Shown: positions 1 through 9,019 of the stretch, piece by piece
Layout of the letters: each line of letters opens with the position of its first letter
Numbering within the stretch: position 1 is the first letter of the stretch
Source of the DNA: a virus
Lineage: Duplodnaviria > Caudoviricetes
Direction: 5' to 3' (one strand)
DNA: 41,233 bases
IMG/VR virus record: IMGVR_UViG_3300028777_000007
Coordinates: 1 to 41,233 of that record
Notes under the pieces: generated by a model
Databases searched by the model: none
What the model saw: the letters and a program-made list of their open reading frames with translations, nothing else
What the model was told of the DNA's origin: nothing
Translations under genes and position numbers: made by a program

Positions 1-127
1 TGGCGTTCCTCTAGAAAGTGATTATTTGCCTATTCCGTCTAGAGGGTTAGCCTGATGTAGAGGCCGGTTAGCGGCGTACAAAGGAGGTAGGTGGCATTAG
101 TATATAGCAGTTGCGCAGAACATACAA
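1..127. repeat. 127-bp exact overlap with 40127-40253 (assembly k-mer overlap; circular or permuted genome)
   Basis: 1-127 is identical to 40127-40253; the copies diverge at 128 vs 40254. Confidence 0.95.
99..127 (-). promoter_or_regulatory. sigma70-like promoter for the major capsid operon (second copy at 40225-40253)
   Basis: Minus strand TTGTAT-17nt-TATACT, about 100 nt upstream of the MCP ATG at 40124. Confidence 0.6.
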
Positions 128-139
128 GCACGTTATGGT
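111..139 (+). promoter_or_regulatory. possible sigma70 promoter for HNH allele A
   Basis: TTGCGC-17nt-TATGGT upstream of ATG 167. Confidence 0.45.
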
Positions 140-166
140 GGTTTACCGCATAAACAGGGTTTTACC

Positions 167-652
167 ATGAAGCGCCAATATCCTAGCCAAGATGAACTAT
201 TAGAAATGTTTCATGATATGGGGACACATCTAGTATGGAAGATGCCGTCTAGGGGTAGATCCGTGGGAAAGGAAGCTGGTTCTAATGCTGGGAAGGGGTA
301 TTTAAGGGTTTCCATTAATGATAAGAGCTATATGCTACATATAGTAATGTGGATAATGAGACATGGCTCTATACCTGAAGGATACGAAATAGACCATAAA
401 GATACAAATGGTCTAAATAATATAGATGATAATATGAGATTAGCCACTAGATCACAGAATAGTATGAATAGATCTATGTGCTCATTGGCTGGAGTGTATT
501 TCAGATCGGATAGAAATAAGTGGTATGCCCGCATAAAAGTCAATGCAGAATCAATACACTTAGGGAGTTTCGAAAACGAAGAAGCCGCTCTAAAAGCTAG
601 GGCGGCTGCCGAAGAAAAATACTTCGGGGAATTTACTTTCCAGGATTCTTAG
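167..652 (+). CDS. HNH homing endonuclease with C-terminal AP2-like DNA-binding domain (allele A)
   Basis: EIDHKDTNGLNNIDDNMRLATRSQN HNH_3 motif; KWYARIKVN..IHLGSFENEEAALKAR AP2-like tail; AT-rich and opposite strand to its neighbours. Confidence 0.9.
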   Translation: MKRQYPSQDELLEMFHDMGTHLVWKMPSRGRSVGKEAGSNAGKGYLRVSINDKSYMLHIVMWIMRHGSIPEGYEIDHKDTNGLNNIDDNMRLATRSQNSMNRSMCSLAGVYFRSDRNKWYARIKVNAESIHLGSFENEEAALKARAAAEEKYFGEFTFQDS

Positions 653-1067
653 CCCCCTTAGTCTGTTCGTAAGTTTTACTAGCAGAATATCCTACATACC
701 CTATAGTGAATGTGGTCCATAATTCACTGGGGATGGCATTGAACCCCTTACTCACATTTGTAAAAAACATATCCATTGATAGAGGAAACCATATGCCCAC
801 CATAGGAGCTATGACTACCATAGCTAAAATTACTATGTAGAATAGATACATGAATGATGGTCTAGCACGTGAAGTCCATGGGTCAGTGCTGTTAGCTTCT
901 GCCAGAATAGCGGACATCTGAAGCTGTAGCTGCGTCAACTGACCATTCTGGTCCAAGCGCATGAGCTCAAGTTGGGCCGCAGCATTCGCCGCTGGGTCCG
1001 GTATTAGCTTATCGATCAGGTTCTTACCTATGTCAAACAGACCGCTGACGATCGCGATGGGAATCAT
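633..1067 (-). CDS. holin, 3TM/GTA-type (allele A)
   Basis: LIDKLIPDP...AEANS.DPWTSRARP motif, hydrophobic segments, GY..SKT.E tail; lies in the endolysin cassette. Confidence 0.8.
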   Translation of the reverse strand: MIPIAIVSGLFDIGKNLIDKLIPDPAANAAAQLELMRLDQNGQLTQLQLQMSAILAEANSTDPWTSRARPSFMYLFYIVILAMVVIAPMVGIWFPLSMDMFFTNVSKGFNAIPSELWTTFTIGYVGYSASKTYEQTKGAKNPGK

Positions 1068-1096
1068 ATATCACCCTATATTCTTTGCAGGATTGA
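868..1096. repeat. near-identical copy of 41005-41233; the last 127 bp are exact
   Basis: Three synonymous SNPs within 868-969; 970-1096 equals 41107-41233 exactly. Confidence 0.95.
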
Positions 1097-1643
1097 TTTT
1101 GAAGGTGTATCCCTTCGGCTGTTCGTCAGTGCCCACCAAATCCGGGCTTATCTTGAAGCCCAGACGAATGACGAATGCGTGAGTTGCGCTCAGCTGTTTG
1201 ACTAAATAGAAGCCATACCTAGAGAATTTATCCGGGTAGGAGAAGGTAACGAACTGCCAACCACCACGCCCAGGACTATCCGCTACGGCTGCGTCTCCCT
1301 TGAATGAGCAAGTTGCTCCGGCCACTGGGGCCGACCAGCACGAAAACATGCGCATGTTATTAGCTGGATTGCGTATTGCTAGCCACCACCACTGAGCCAT
1401 AAATGAATCAACTTTCCATCCGAAGGGGGTATTGGCTGCCCACCATCCATGCTTGTCCCCAAGGCTGCCATCGAAGTCATTTCCCCAGAAATACGCCCAC
1501 TTTGGCAGGTTTCTGATGACTCTGTGATCACTAACACTGAAGTCATCCTTGGCGAAAGGTAGCGCTAGCGCGACCATAATAGGGCCCAGAGTGACGAATA
1601 TTACGTCACTTAGGAAGAGAAATAACCACTGGAAGATGAACAT
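1071..1643 (-). CDS. lysis-cassette membrane protein of unknown function
   Basis: Hydrophobic N-terminus, Trp-rich, WLAIRNP motif; coupled to the endolysin stop codon. Confidence 0.7.
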   Translation of the reverse strand: MFIFQWLFLFLSDVIFVTLGPIMVALALPFAKDDFSVSDHRVIRNLPKWAYFWGNDFDGSLGDKHGWWAANTPFGWKVDSFMAQWWWLAIRNPANNMRMFSCWSAPVAGATCSFKGDAAVADSPGRGGWQFVTFSYPDKFSRYGFYLVKQLSATHAFVIRLGFKISPDLVGTDEQPKGYTFKINPAKNIG

Positions 1644-2233
1644 TATGCCCCCTGGAATTTCCTGTACGCTGTAGCGAGTTTAGTGTCGTACTTGTTCTTC
1701 GCGTAGTCGGGGCCATTGTAGCCCTGAGCGAACGTCGACCAAGCGAGTTCTTTTAGCGCTCTATGAAGCGTTGGGTTTTCTTCAATGAAGGCCACGAACG
1801 CCTGTAGTTGTGCACCTTCGCTGGCGTACATTGCGTTCACAAACGCCTGCAATGAGATATAACCTAGGTCTTTCCAGTGGTAGCCCATAATCTGGAACAT
1901 TCCCCAGCTAGCCGCCTGCAAAGCGCAGTCACGATCGAGTAACTTCGCAGCACTTTCCATGCGAATCGGCTGGTCAAGGCTGGGGCCATAACCCCCCGGC
2001 TTGGGGTTGCAGATCTCAGGATACATGAATGCAGCCTTGTCCACCGCTGCTTGACCGAACTTGGTCTTATACAACCTATACATGACATGCCTTTCGAATA
2101 GGATCTTCGGCCTACCATCATCGTAATACCCCCCGCCCGGAGCTTCAACCTCGGTCACAGCCCGCACCGCTGCTGTATCAACCCCAAGCGCCACGGCTGC
2201 ATCTTTTATGTCACTATCAGCTAACTTTCTCAT
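1643..2233 (-). CDS. endolysin, N-acetylmuramidase (DUF3380/Muramidase family)
   Basis: AV.EVE..G.G...GRPKILFERH, SWGMFQIMG.H and FA.GYNGP.Y..N.YD.KL motifs. Confidence 0.93.
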   Translation of the reverse strand: MRKLADSDIKDAAVALGVDTAAVRAVTEVEAPGGGYYDDGRPKILFERHVMYRLYKTKFGQAAVDKAAFMYPEICNPKPGGYGPSLDQPIRMESAAKLLDRDCALQAASWGMFQIMGYHWKDLGYISLQAFVNAMYASEGAQLQAFVAFIEENPTLHRALKELAWSTFAQGYNGPDYAKNKYDTKLATAYRKFQGA

Positions 2234-2571
2234 GATACAAGCGCCTTCAGCATTTCACGTATGACCGGCCAAGCGTTTATCATGGCTAGTGTGGCTATGC
2301 CAAGGCTGACGATCCACTTCATCTGGGCCCGTGATACAGCGGCCTGAGTGTTGAGATCATCTATACCCTTGGTCAACTTCTCCGACATCTCAACACTTAT
2401 CTTTTCCATGCTAAGCAGGTCAGTTGCGATCTGCTTAACAGACATCTCCACCATGCTCAGGCGCTGGATAGGCTTTTCGTTTTCGATAGCATTAAGTTGA
2501 CGGGTCATAGAGTAAGTTTCCTTCTCTAGAGTTGCCAGCCTTCGGAAAATTTCTTCGGTGGCATCTGCCAT
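2230..2571 (-). CDS. coiled-coil protein with a C-terminal TM helix (possible lysis accessory)
   Basis: Heptad-like N-terminal part, WIVSLGIATLAMINAW TM segment; ATGA overlap with the endolysin. Confidence 0.65.
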   Translation of the reverse strand: MADATEEIFRRLATLEKETYSMTRQLNAIENEKPIQRLSMVEMSVKQIATDLLSMEKISVEMSEKLTKGIDDLNTQAAVSRAQMKWIVSLGIATLAMINAWPVIREMLKALVS

Positions 2572-2586
2572 GACCCTATCCCCTAT

Positions 2587-3606
2587 TTAAGTGCGACCGG
2601 CCTGCGCCGCAAATGCTTCTCGAATGTCATCCGCCAAGGACGACTCATCTTCCCCGTCTTTCTTCTTGGTTTTGACGCCGATTGTGTCGTTAGACTTGAT
2701 ACCGGCTGCGGCTGCTGCCTTCTGTTTCTCTTTCAAGTCATTGGTGGCGTTGGTCTTACCTTGACGCCCGAGAAGAACTTCACGGACAGTTGGTACGGCC
2801 CAGATAGCTTGGTCGTACGCATCTTGTAGAGTTGTGGCCGCCCCGGCTTCCATCAGGTTCGCCATATACGGAGCCACGTCATCGAAGAATTCCTTACCAG
2901 ACTTGAACGCTGCGATCTCACGGTTGGTTGATTCCATGGACTGCTGTTCACGCCACTTGCGGGACTCTTCCAGTTCACGCTGGATTTCCGGCGGAACGGA
3001 TGGCTGGCTTGGGGCCGCTTTCTGAAGCACTTCTCGGCCTACCGAGGCGTTGATGACTTCACGAAGGGGTATGCCGTACTGATCTGCAATATTGAGCAGG
3101 GCTGCGAAACGATCATCTTGCGAAGGAGCACGGAGAGCGCGCTCAGCCGCCATGACGTTCCCGATGTATTGCGCTGGATTAGCGCCATTATTGATCGCCT
3201 CTTTGATGAAAGGATCAAGCTGCTGCACGAACCCGCGCATCGGGGCTGTCTCTTCTTGCAGCTTGCGAACCCCCTGAGCCGACGCATCTTCACGGCGTAG
3301 GATTTCATCCCGTACATCTTTCGGGATGGTGGCCCACTGCTCGCGCACTTTAGGAGTCCAGCCGGATGGAGCCTTGTCCTGTACCAGAAGAGGATCTGTC
3401 TTCTCTTCTTCTACAGGCTCTTTGGCTTCGGGCTCTTTGCCCTCTTCCTCAGGCTCTTTGGCTTCAGGCTCTTTGCCCTCTTCCACTACGGGCTCTGGAT
3501 CCTTGACTTCGGGCTCAAGCTTGGCCGCAGTCTCTACGACTGTTTCCTCTTTGCCTTCCAACTCTCTGATGGTGGCTTCCATATCTTCGCGAATACTGTC
3601 AGTCAT
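2587..3606 (-). CDS. capsid scaffolding protein
   Basis: Acidic N-terminus, AP.GW....E.W..IP......I.RRE motif, LQDAYDQAIW; follows the portal. Confidence 0.75.
   Translation of the reverse strand: MTDSIREDMEATIRELEGKEETVVETAAKLEPEVKDPEPVVEEGKEPEAKEPEEEGKEPEAKEPVEEEKTDPLLVQDKAPSGWTPKVREQWATIPKDVRDEILRREDASAQGVRKLQEETAPMRGFVQQLDPFIKEAINNGANPAQYIGNVMAAERALRAPSQDDRFAALLNIADQYGIPLREVINASVGREVLQKAAPSQPSVPPEIQRELEESRKWREQQSMESTNREIAAFKSGKEFFDDVAPYMANLMEAGAATTLQDAYDQAIWAVPTVREVLLGRQGKTNATNDLKEKQKAAAAAGIKSNDTIGVKTKKKDGEDESSLADDIREAFAAQAGRT
3415..3484. repeat. 36-bp tandem duplication inside the scaffold gene
   Basis: aggctctttggcttc(g/a)ggctctttgccctcttcc occurs twice and encodes EEGKEPEAKEP twice. 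Confidence 0.85.
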
Positions 3607-4006
3607 CTTGAGCCTCTATGGTCGGTTTGTATCCGGCCTGCACCTGTTTAATTGATTCAGCGATGTCCGCTGCCACTTCTTTCTTATCTACTTTGGGCGT
3701 ATCTCGCGGGGCGCTCATTTTATCAAACAACTCCCGCTCGCTGTACCCATCGTGAACGTTGACTACGTTATTTCTTTTATTATGCTCGTTGAGGTCGTTC
3801 TGAGTGCTAATCAAAGTCCTATCAACCGAACTAATGAACGGCTCAAACTTACCCTTTACGAACGCTTGTGGCGCTTCCAGCATAACATTGAACGTGGGCC
3901 CGTGGCAAGCCTCGCACTTCGGTGTAGCGCGGTATTCAGCCACGCTACGATACTCGTTGAACCGAAGTCCACACTCTGGGCACTCAGAGGTATAAATGGG
4001 CATCAT
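3599..4006 (-). CDS. FmdB-like zinc-ribbon protein
   Basis: MPIY..ECPECG...F.......CEAC pattern; ATGA overlap with the portal stop. Confidence 0.75.
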   Translation of the reverse strand: MMPIYTSECPECGLRFNEYRSVAEYRATPKCEACHGPTFNVMLEAPQAFVKGKFEPFISSVDRTLISTQNDLNEHNKRNNVVNVHDGYSERELFDKMSAPRDTPKVDKKEVAADIAESIKQVQAGYKPTIEAQDD

Positions 4007-6096
4007 TTATTTCCTGTAGGTTTAGCAGCGGCTTGCTGCATTTTTACATCATGGGATTGTTGGGCGTGCTGGATATCCAGAGTGTTGCTAGCAGCTTGTG
4101 AGGATATGGCCAATTGAGCTTGAGCCTCTTCCACCTTCAGCCGCAACATCTCAATCTGAACTTCTAGCGAGTACATCTGCTCTTTATGAGCTAGCTCAGC
4201 TTGCATCATTTGCAGCTTCATCTCAGCTTCCTGCTGCTTAATGCCCATCTCGGCCTGTAGCTTCTCGCCAGACATCTGCGCTTCAATCTGAGCCATTTGC
4301 TGATCAGACGCGAATTGCTGTTGGGCCATCTGGCCTTCCATCTGGAGCTTCTGCATTTCGCCCTGAGCTTTCTGCTCTTCTGGCGATGGTGGCTTAGGCT
4401 GAGGATTCGCCTTGGCCTGCTGCTGCTCGCGTAGCATGTCGTCAAGGATCTGATCGACGTAACCCTCGAATTCGGAGGCCCCTTTGTACCCGGCGATGGC
4501 GAACTTAATCATTTGCACCGCCAATGGTACAATTTGCGGCGCCTGCGCGGCCATACCTACTGTTGCCTGTAGCATTTGCCCCAGCGTTTGGACTACTTCC
4601 ATGCGCTGTTCCTTCTCCAGGGCCCAGTCTGCTTGCGTCAGGCTGTTCGCTTGGATATCAACGCTGTACATCGTAGCAAAATCGTCACGAATGATGGCAA
4701 GCGCTGGCTCAGCGAACTGCATATCAGGAGGAGGAAGCTGACCTACGATCTTTTGCAGCTTTTCCACGCTATAAAGCTGGCACATGAACTCTGACATGAT
4801 GCGCAGGATGTCACGCACGAAGATCGCGATGTCCCGTTGGTAGCCGTTCATGCGCACAGACGCGAATTGAGCCTTGATTTGCTGGGCCCCCTTGGTCTCA
4901 TACGGGTTGGACGCACCACGAAGGATGTCGCTCATCCCTGTGATCTCATAAAGGATCGATTTAGCGGCTTCGAACTGCTGTTGGAGTTCGCGCAGCACCA
5001 TCACGATCTTTTCTACCGGATACCACTCAATATGGCCCGATACTCCGCCCGTTTCAGCCATCATGGCCCAGTTGTCGCATGGGATCAGGCGGTTTTCAGC
5101 GCCAGACAGCATACGCTGGATTTCCATGGACTGCGAATCGTAGATCCCCGCCACTTTGACCGCTTCAATGATCAAGTTGATGCGGGCGTACAGCACGTTC
5201 AGGACTTCGTACTGGTCCTGGCTGATGTGGTAGTCAGTAACAGGCAAGAATTTGTTCGTGGTGACGTTCGCGATCAACGGCATAGGGCATGGATAGAAGT
5301 CTTTCAGTTTGTACGGATCAGCTGTTTCAGACAATGGCTCTTCACCGCCACCATGGAAGATCACCTTACGAGTGGATTTGTCCCAAATCTCGTAGACGGT
5401 GTATTTATCTTCGTTGATCTCGTCCGGAGTGAGGGTATCGTCAGATTTCTTGTTGACGCTTCCCACCTTAGACATCGCATCTTCGCCCCATTTCTCCTTG
5501 ATCTCAGCTTCTGTGAGATTGAGCTTGCGGGCGATCCAAGTGACCTTAGACCATAGGCGCGCTGGCTGATAGTAGAAGTCTTCCCAGAAGACGTGCTCAA
5601 TGCAGATCTTCTCGGTGCCAGCAATGGGCCCAGATTCCTGCTCGTTCTGCATTTCTACATCAACTTCGTCGCCGCCAGTGTCGTCACCTTCTACGGCTTC
5701 GGCATCCGGAGCCTCCTCTACTTCGAACCGTAGCCAGACTTGGCCCATGCCCGGTACGAGGCGGTCAAGAATGGCCGCTTTGATCGCCTCATCGAAGCTC
5801 TCAGCGCACTTGATTTCGTACGTCAGGCCACGCTGGATGATCAACGCCGCCACGCGACTCGCGTCATCCAGGAAGTTACCCTTCTGCATCCGAGAAACAT
5901 CAGGCTTAGGGAGACTATTGAAAAGCGACTCCTTCAGGATGTTAGCGTTGGCATAGAAGAAGTTCGCCTTCTTGACCCATGCCGCGTTCGTATCGCGTTG
6001 ATCTTCGTACAGCGCGTATACCTTACGACCGTGCGTGACCGACTTAGCCTTGAATTTCTTCGACTTTTCGATCTGGTCCATCCAGTCCTTGCTCAT
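4003..6096 (-). CDS. portal protein
   Basis: 697 aa directly after TerL; ITGMSDILRG..ET..AQ.IK motif; long Q/M-rich C-terminal coiled coil. Confidence 0.85.
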   Translation of the reverse strand: MSKDWMDQIEKSKKFKAKSVTHGRKVYALYEDQRDTNAAWVKKANFFYANANILKESLFNSLPKPDVSRMQKGNFLDDASRVAALIIQRGLTYEIKCAESFDEAIKAAILDRLVPGMGQVWLRFEVEEAPDAEAVEGDDTGGDEVDVEMQNEQESGPIAGTEKICIEHVFWEDFYYQPARLWSKVTWIARKLNLTEAEIKEKWGEDAMSKVGSVNKKSDDTLTPDEINEDKYTVYEIWDKSTRKVIFHGGGEEPLSETADPYKLKDFYPCPMPLIANVTTNKFLPVTDYHISQDQYEVLNVLYARINLIIEAVKVAGIYDSQSMEIQRMLSGAENRLIPCDNWAMMAETGGVSGHIEWYPVEKIVMVLRELQQQFEAAKSILYEITGMSDILRGASNPYETKGAQQIKAQFASVRMNGYQRDIAIFVRDILRIMSEFMCQLYSVEKLQKIVGQLPPPDMQFAEPALAIIRDDFATMYSVDIQANSLTQADWALEKEQRMEVVQTLGQMLQATVGMAAQAPQIVPLAVQMIKFAIAGYKGASEFEGYVDQILDDMLREQQQAKANPQPKPPSPEEQKAQGEMQKLQMEGQMAQQQFASDQQMAQIEAQMSGEKLQAEMGIKQQEAEMKLQMMQAELAHKEQMYSLEVQIEMLRLKVEEAQAQLAISSQAASNTLDIQHAQQSHDVKMQQAAAKPTGNK

Positions 6097-7499
6097 ATCC
6101 TATTGCCCCCAGATTTGGACCGTTCACGGTCAGCAAAAAGAGCCTCGAGGTGCATCACATTACTGACGATCTCGGACTTTGGTTGGTGTGTCTGTAGTGA
6201 TCCTGAGTTACGCTTCGTCGCTGTTGGGTTCATAAAGCACCCGAACATCCGGAAGGCATCCGCAGGGTTGGAGCTCCAATCGTGTTTTGGGGCCTCCTTG
6301 AACTTGCGCGCCTTATCGTCCCATTCGCGCTGATACATGCGCAGAGCGCCTAGACCGACGCGACGAACATCTTCATTATCAGTGTTAAAGAAGACATTTG
6401 GTAGAGTCTTCCGCACAGCTTGGATACCGTCTTGCACGGATAGACGCGCTACGACTCGTATATTCTTCATGCCACGCGCTCGGAATAGCTCTACGGTGGA
6501 CTTACCAGTCTGGAACGACTTGTTCTTGGCGTCATGTGGGAGGGCAAAATCACCGTACATATAGGGTTTCTCTTGGAGAATATCCACTACATCATCAGCG
6601 CTCAGCCCACTAGCCGTGAAAAAGTCAATCACTTTGAACTCTTTACCATTCGTCTGGATAAACCAGATCGAAGTATCATCGCTATAACCAATGTCCCACG
6701 CGGTAATGACCGGAAGTTCTGGATCCCACGGGAATGATCCCATATGCCCCTTGGCTTCCAGCGCATTGAGGATCTGTCCGTAGTAGGCTCCCCGGATAGC
6801 CGCATGGAAATCACATTCAAATTCTTGGCGGAAGGTACTTTCATCAGAACCTGGAAGATTTGCCATCAGCGCTAGTTCATCAGCATCGATGATGCCTGAT
6901 TGCGACGCACGAAGCATCCTTTTGAACCAGCGCAGATCATCTTGCGCGTCGTCCCAAAGCTCCATGAAGTGGTTCGGGCCCTTTGGCGTGCCAATAAAGA
7001 CGCACCAGCCCTTCCGATCCGTTATCGTAGGAGCGATGACCTCACCAAATAGACGCGGGGCCATGTCACCGAATTCGTCTAGTACGATGCCATCGAAATA
7101 AACACCACGGAGGGAGTCCGGATTGTCAGCACCGTACAAGCGAATAAGCGCCCCATTTGTGAGTAGGACGCTGAGTTCGGATTCCATGATCTTTTCAATA
7201 AGCGGCGCCGCGTAGAATTTCAGGTAATTCCACGCGATCTCTTTAGCCTGCTTATAGAATGGAGCCACGTATCCATATCGTGGCATATGCAGTTCGTTTT
7301 GTATCGCTTTATCAATGATGTCGTTGATGCACATCACTGTCTTACCCGCTCGACGGTGCATGACCATCACAGCGAAGCGTTCAGCACGAGCGTGGAAATC
7401 GTAGCACATCGAGTGAGCGAGAGGAAACTCGCGCGCATCACGAAGCTGATAAGGACTCAGAATGAATGACGGACAGTCATCATGAATATCCTCATACAT
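6093..7499 (-). CDS. terL: terminase large subunit
   Basis: HRRAGKT Walker A, IVLDEF Walker B, GTPKG, and RNase H-type nuclease motifs WDIG..D and H.WSS..ADAFR. Confidence 0.95.
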   Translation of the reverse strand: MYEDIHDDCPSFILSPYQLRDAREFPLAHSMCYDFHARAERFAVMVMHRRAGKTVMCINDIIDKAIQNELHMPRYGYVAPFYKQAKEIAWNYLKFYAAPLIEKIMESELSVLLTNGALIRLYGADNPDSLRGVYFDGIVLDEFGDMAPRLFGEVIAPTITDRKGWCVFIGTPKGPNHFMELWDDAQDDLRWFKRMLRASQSGIIDADELALMANLPGSDESTFRQEFECDFHAAIRGAYYGQILNALEAKGHMGSFPWDPELPVITAWDIGYSDDTSIWFIQTNGKEFKVIDFFTASGLSADDVVDILQEKPYMYGDFALPHDAKNKSFQTGKSTVELFRARGMKNIRVVARLSVQDGIQAVRKTLPNVFFNTDNEDVRRVGLGALRMYQREWDDKARKFKEAPKHDWSSNPADAFRMFGCFMNPTATKRNSGSLQTHQPKSEIVSNVMHLEALFADRERSKSGGNRI

Positions 7500-7875
7500 C
7501 GGTGATATCCTCGTCGATCACCGTAAGCGGAGACTTCTTTTTGGTGTTCTGGTTCAGATTAGATGGCGGCACCATACTACGATACTCGATGGTCTTCCCA
7601 CCATCCACTTTGTTATTCGATTCTTTAGGGGCCAATATCATAAGTAGACGAAGGAACGTCTCGTAATTTTCAGGGTCGTTCGCCCATATAGCGAGGCGCG
7701 ACACGCCACCTACTAATTCGAAAGTTTCAAGAAATGCATCCTGGATCATCTTCCGCGTGAACATCTTCGTCACGTTCGGGGCCGTAATCTTCGCCATCTG
7801 ACGTTCCGTCAAACGGGATTGAAGATTCTCCATTAGCCGGAATTTCTCTTCGTCTTGTGGGCCCTGTTTTGCCAT
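7492..7875 (-). CDS. probable terminase small subunit (start refined to ATG 7875)
   Basis: Immediately upstream of and overlapping TerL; AFLETFELVGGVSRLAIWA..PENY.TF..L...APKE pattern; the longer N-terminal extension looks non-coding. Confidence 0.65.
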   Translation of the reverse strand: MAKQGPQDEEKFRLMENLQSRLTERQMAKITAPNVTKMFTRKMIQDAFLETFELVGGVSRLAIWANDPENYETFLRLLMILAPKESNNKVDGGKTIEYRSMVPPSNLNQNTKKKSPLTVIDEDITDV

Positions 7876-7959
7876 GACCGTCTCGCTATATGGGGCGTGG
7901 AGCTTAGATGGTGGGTGCATAGTAGCATGGATATGGGCGCGTGCGCAAGCGGTTTGCGT

Positions 7960-7975
7960 TGGCACGCTTGTTGCA
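7960..7975 (+). promoter_or_regulatory. sigma54 (RpoN) -24/-12 consensus site
   Basis: TGGCACG-CTTG-TTGCA. Confidence 0.6.
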
Positions 7976-8013
7976 TGGTGCGGAGTACTGTATGGGCATA
8001 CAGTGGTATTCAC

Positions 8014-8084
8014 CTCTCAGCACCACTCTCTCAGCTCTCAGCACCACTCTCTCAGCACCAAGCTCTCAGCACCAAGCTCTCAGC
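8014..8084. repeat. CTCTCAGC(ACCA) array with 7/14-bp period
   Basis: Copies at 8014, 8028, 8035, 8049, 8063 and 8077; an extra copy at 8209. Confidence 0.9.
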
Positions 8085-8350
8085 GCGTGGTGGCACTAGT
8101 GATTTGAAACTTCACATTTTGTGCGTGGCGCCTGAGACCCGAGTGCTTGGCCCCCCACTTTTGGTTCATAGGGGGTGGGGGGTTGATTCTGAGCGCCGCG
8201 TGACCACCCTCTCAGCGGTCGTTACATTATAACGTATCGCCCCAGTGCTGAGCGCTGAGCACCAAGTAAGAGCGACCTTGCACTCTAGTGATGCATCTGT
8301 TCATGGCCGGTTATCGAGGAGGGTGCTTGGCTGTAGATGCGTATAGGGCG

Positions 8351-8440
8351 CGCTAGGCGCTAGGCGCTAGGGTTGCCTAGGTGCTTGGCATTGCGTGGCG
8401 TGGCGCTAGGCTCTAGGGGCGTGGAGGCTGGGTGCTAGGT
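8351..8440. repeat. CTAGG / GCGCTAG short-repeat array
   Basis: CTAGG at 8353, 8360, 8367, 8377, 8406, 8413 and 8435. Confidence 0.8.
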
Positions 8441-8834
8441 TCGGTGGGCGTGGCGCGTGGCGCGTTGGGCCCCGCGCCGGGGTGTACCCTAATTGGTGTA
8501 CCCTACAGCCCAGCAAAGTATTATGGCTGGCGCGTAGTGCTACACTACTGGTTATACATACAGTACTATTTTTTACATTATAACTTACTACAAACAAGGG
8601 TACACAAAGGTACACAACACCACGAGCCTTGCGCCACGGCACCTACGCGCTGTACCCCCCATCGGCCCTGCACGGTACACAGTACCCAGCCCCCGGTACA
8701 CCATCATGGGCCCAGCCTATTGGGCCCAACACGACCATAGCAAAAGCCCCGCCACTGTACCGTGGCGCCACGCGCCGGGTACAGTAAAAAAGGTACACCA
8801 CGGTACTGGGCGCCCAGTGCTTAATCCAACACAA

Positions 8835-8858
8835 CAAAAAGCCCCAATAAAGGGGCTT
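8835..8858 (-). terminator. intrinsic terminator after the 9020-9484 gene
   Basis: Minus strand AAGCCCC-tttatt-GGGGCTT followed by TTTG. Confidence 0.7.
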
Positions 8859-9019
8859 GGTGCGACGCGCTGGGCGTCTAGTGTTTATGTCTTGGCCGTT
8901 GCATGTATCCGCGTAGTGCTAGGAACGCAGCCCATAGCACGATGGTGTAGATAGCGACGGCGCCCATTAATTTGCACATTTCACACATCCTTGGGGCCCG
9001 GAGGCCCCGTGCGTAGTGG

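Noticed and set aside
8014-8084. CRISPR mini-array (with the Cas4-like gene at 21351)
   Set aside because: The repeats are 7-14 bp with no spacers, and the Cas4-like nuclease is a normal part of this replication module.
7855-8954. ORFs predicted across the repeat-rich intergenic region, including the N-terminal extension of TerS
   Set aside because: Low-complexity translations of repeats, no RBS, and mutually overlapping on both strands.
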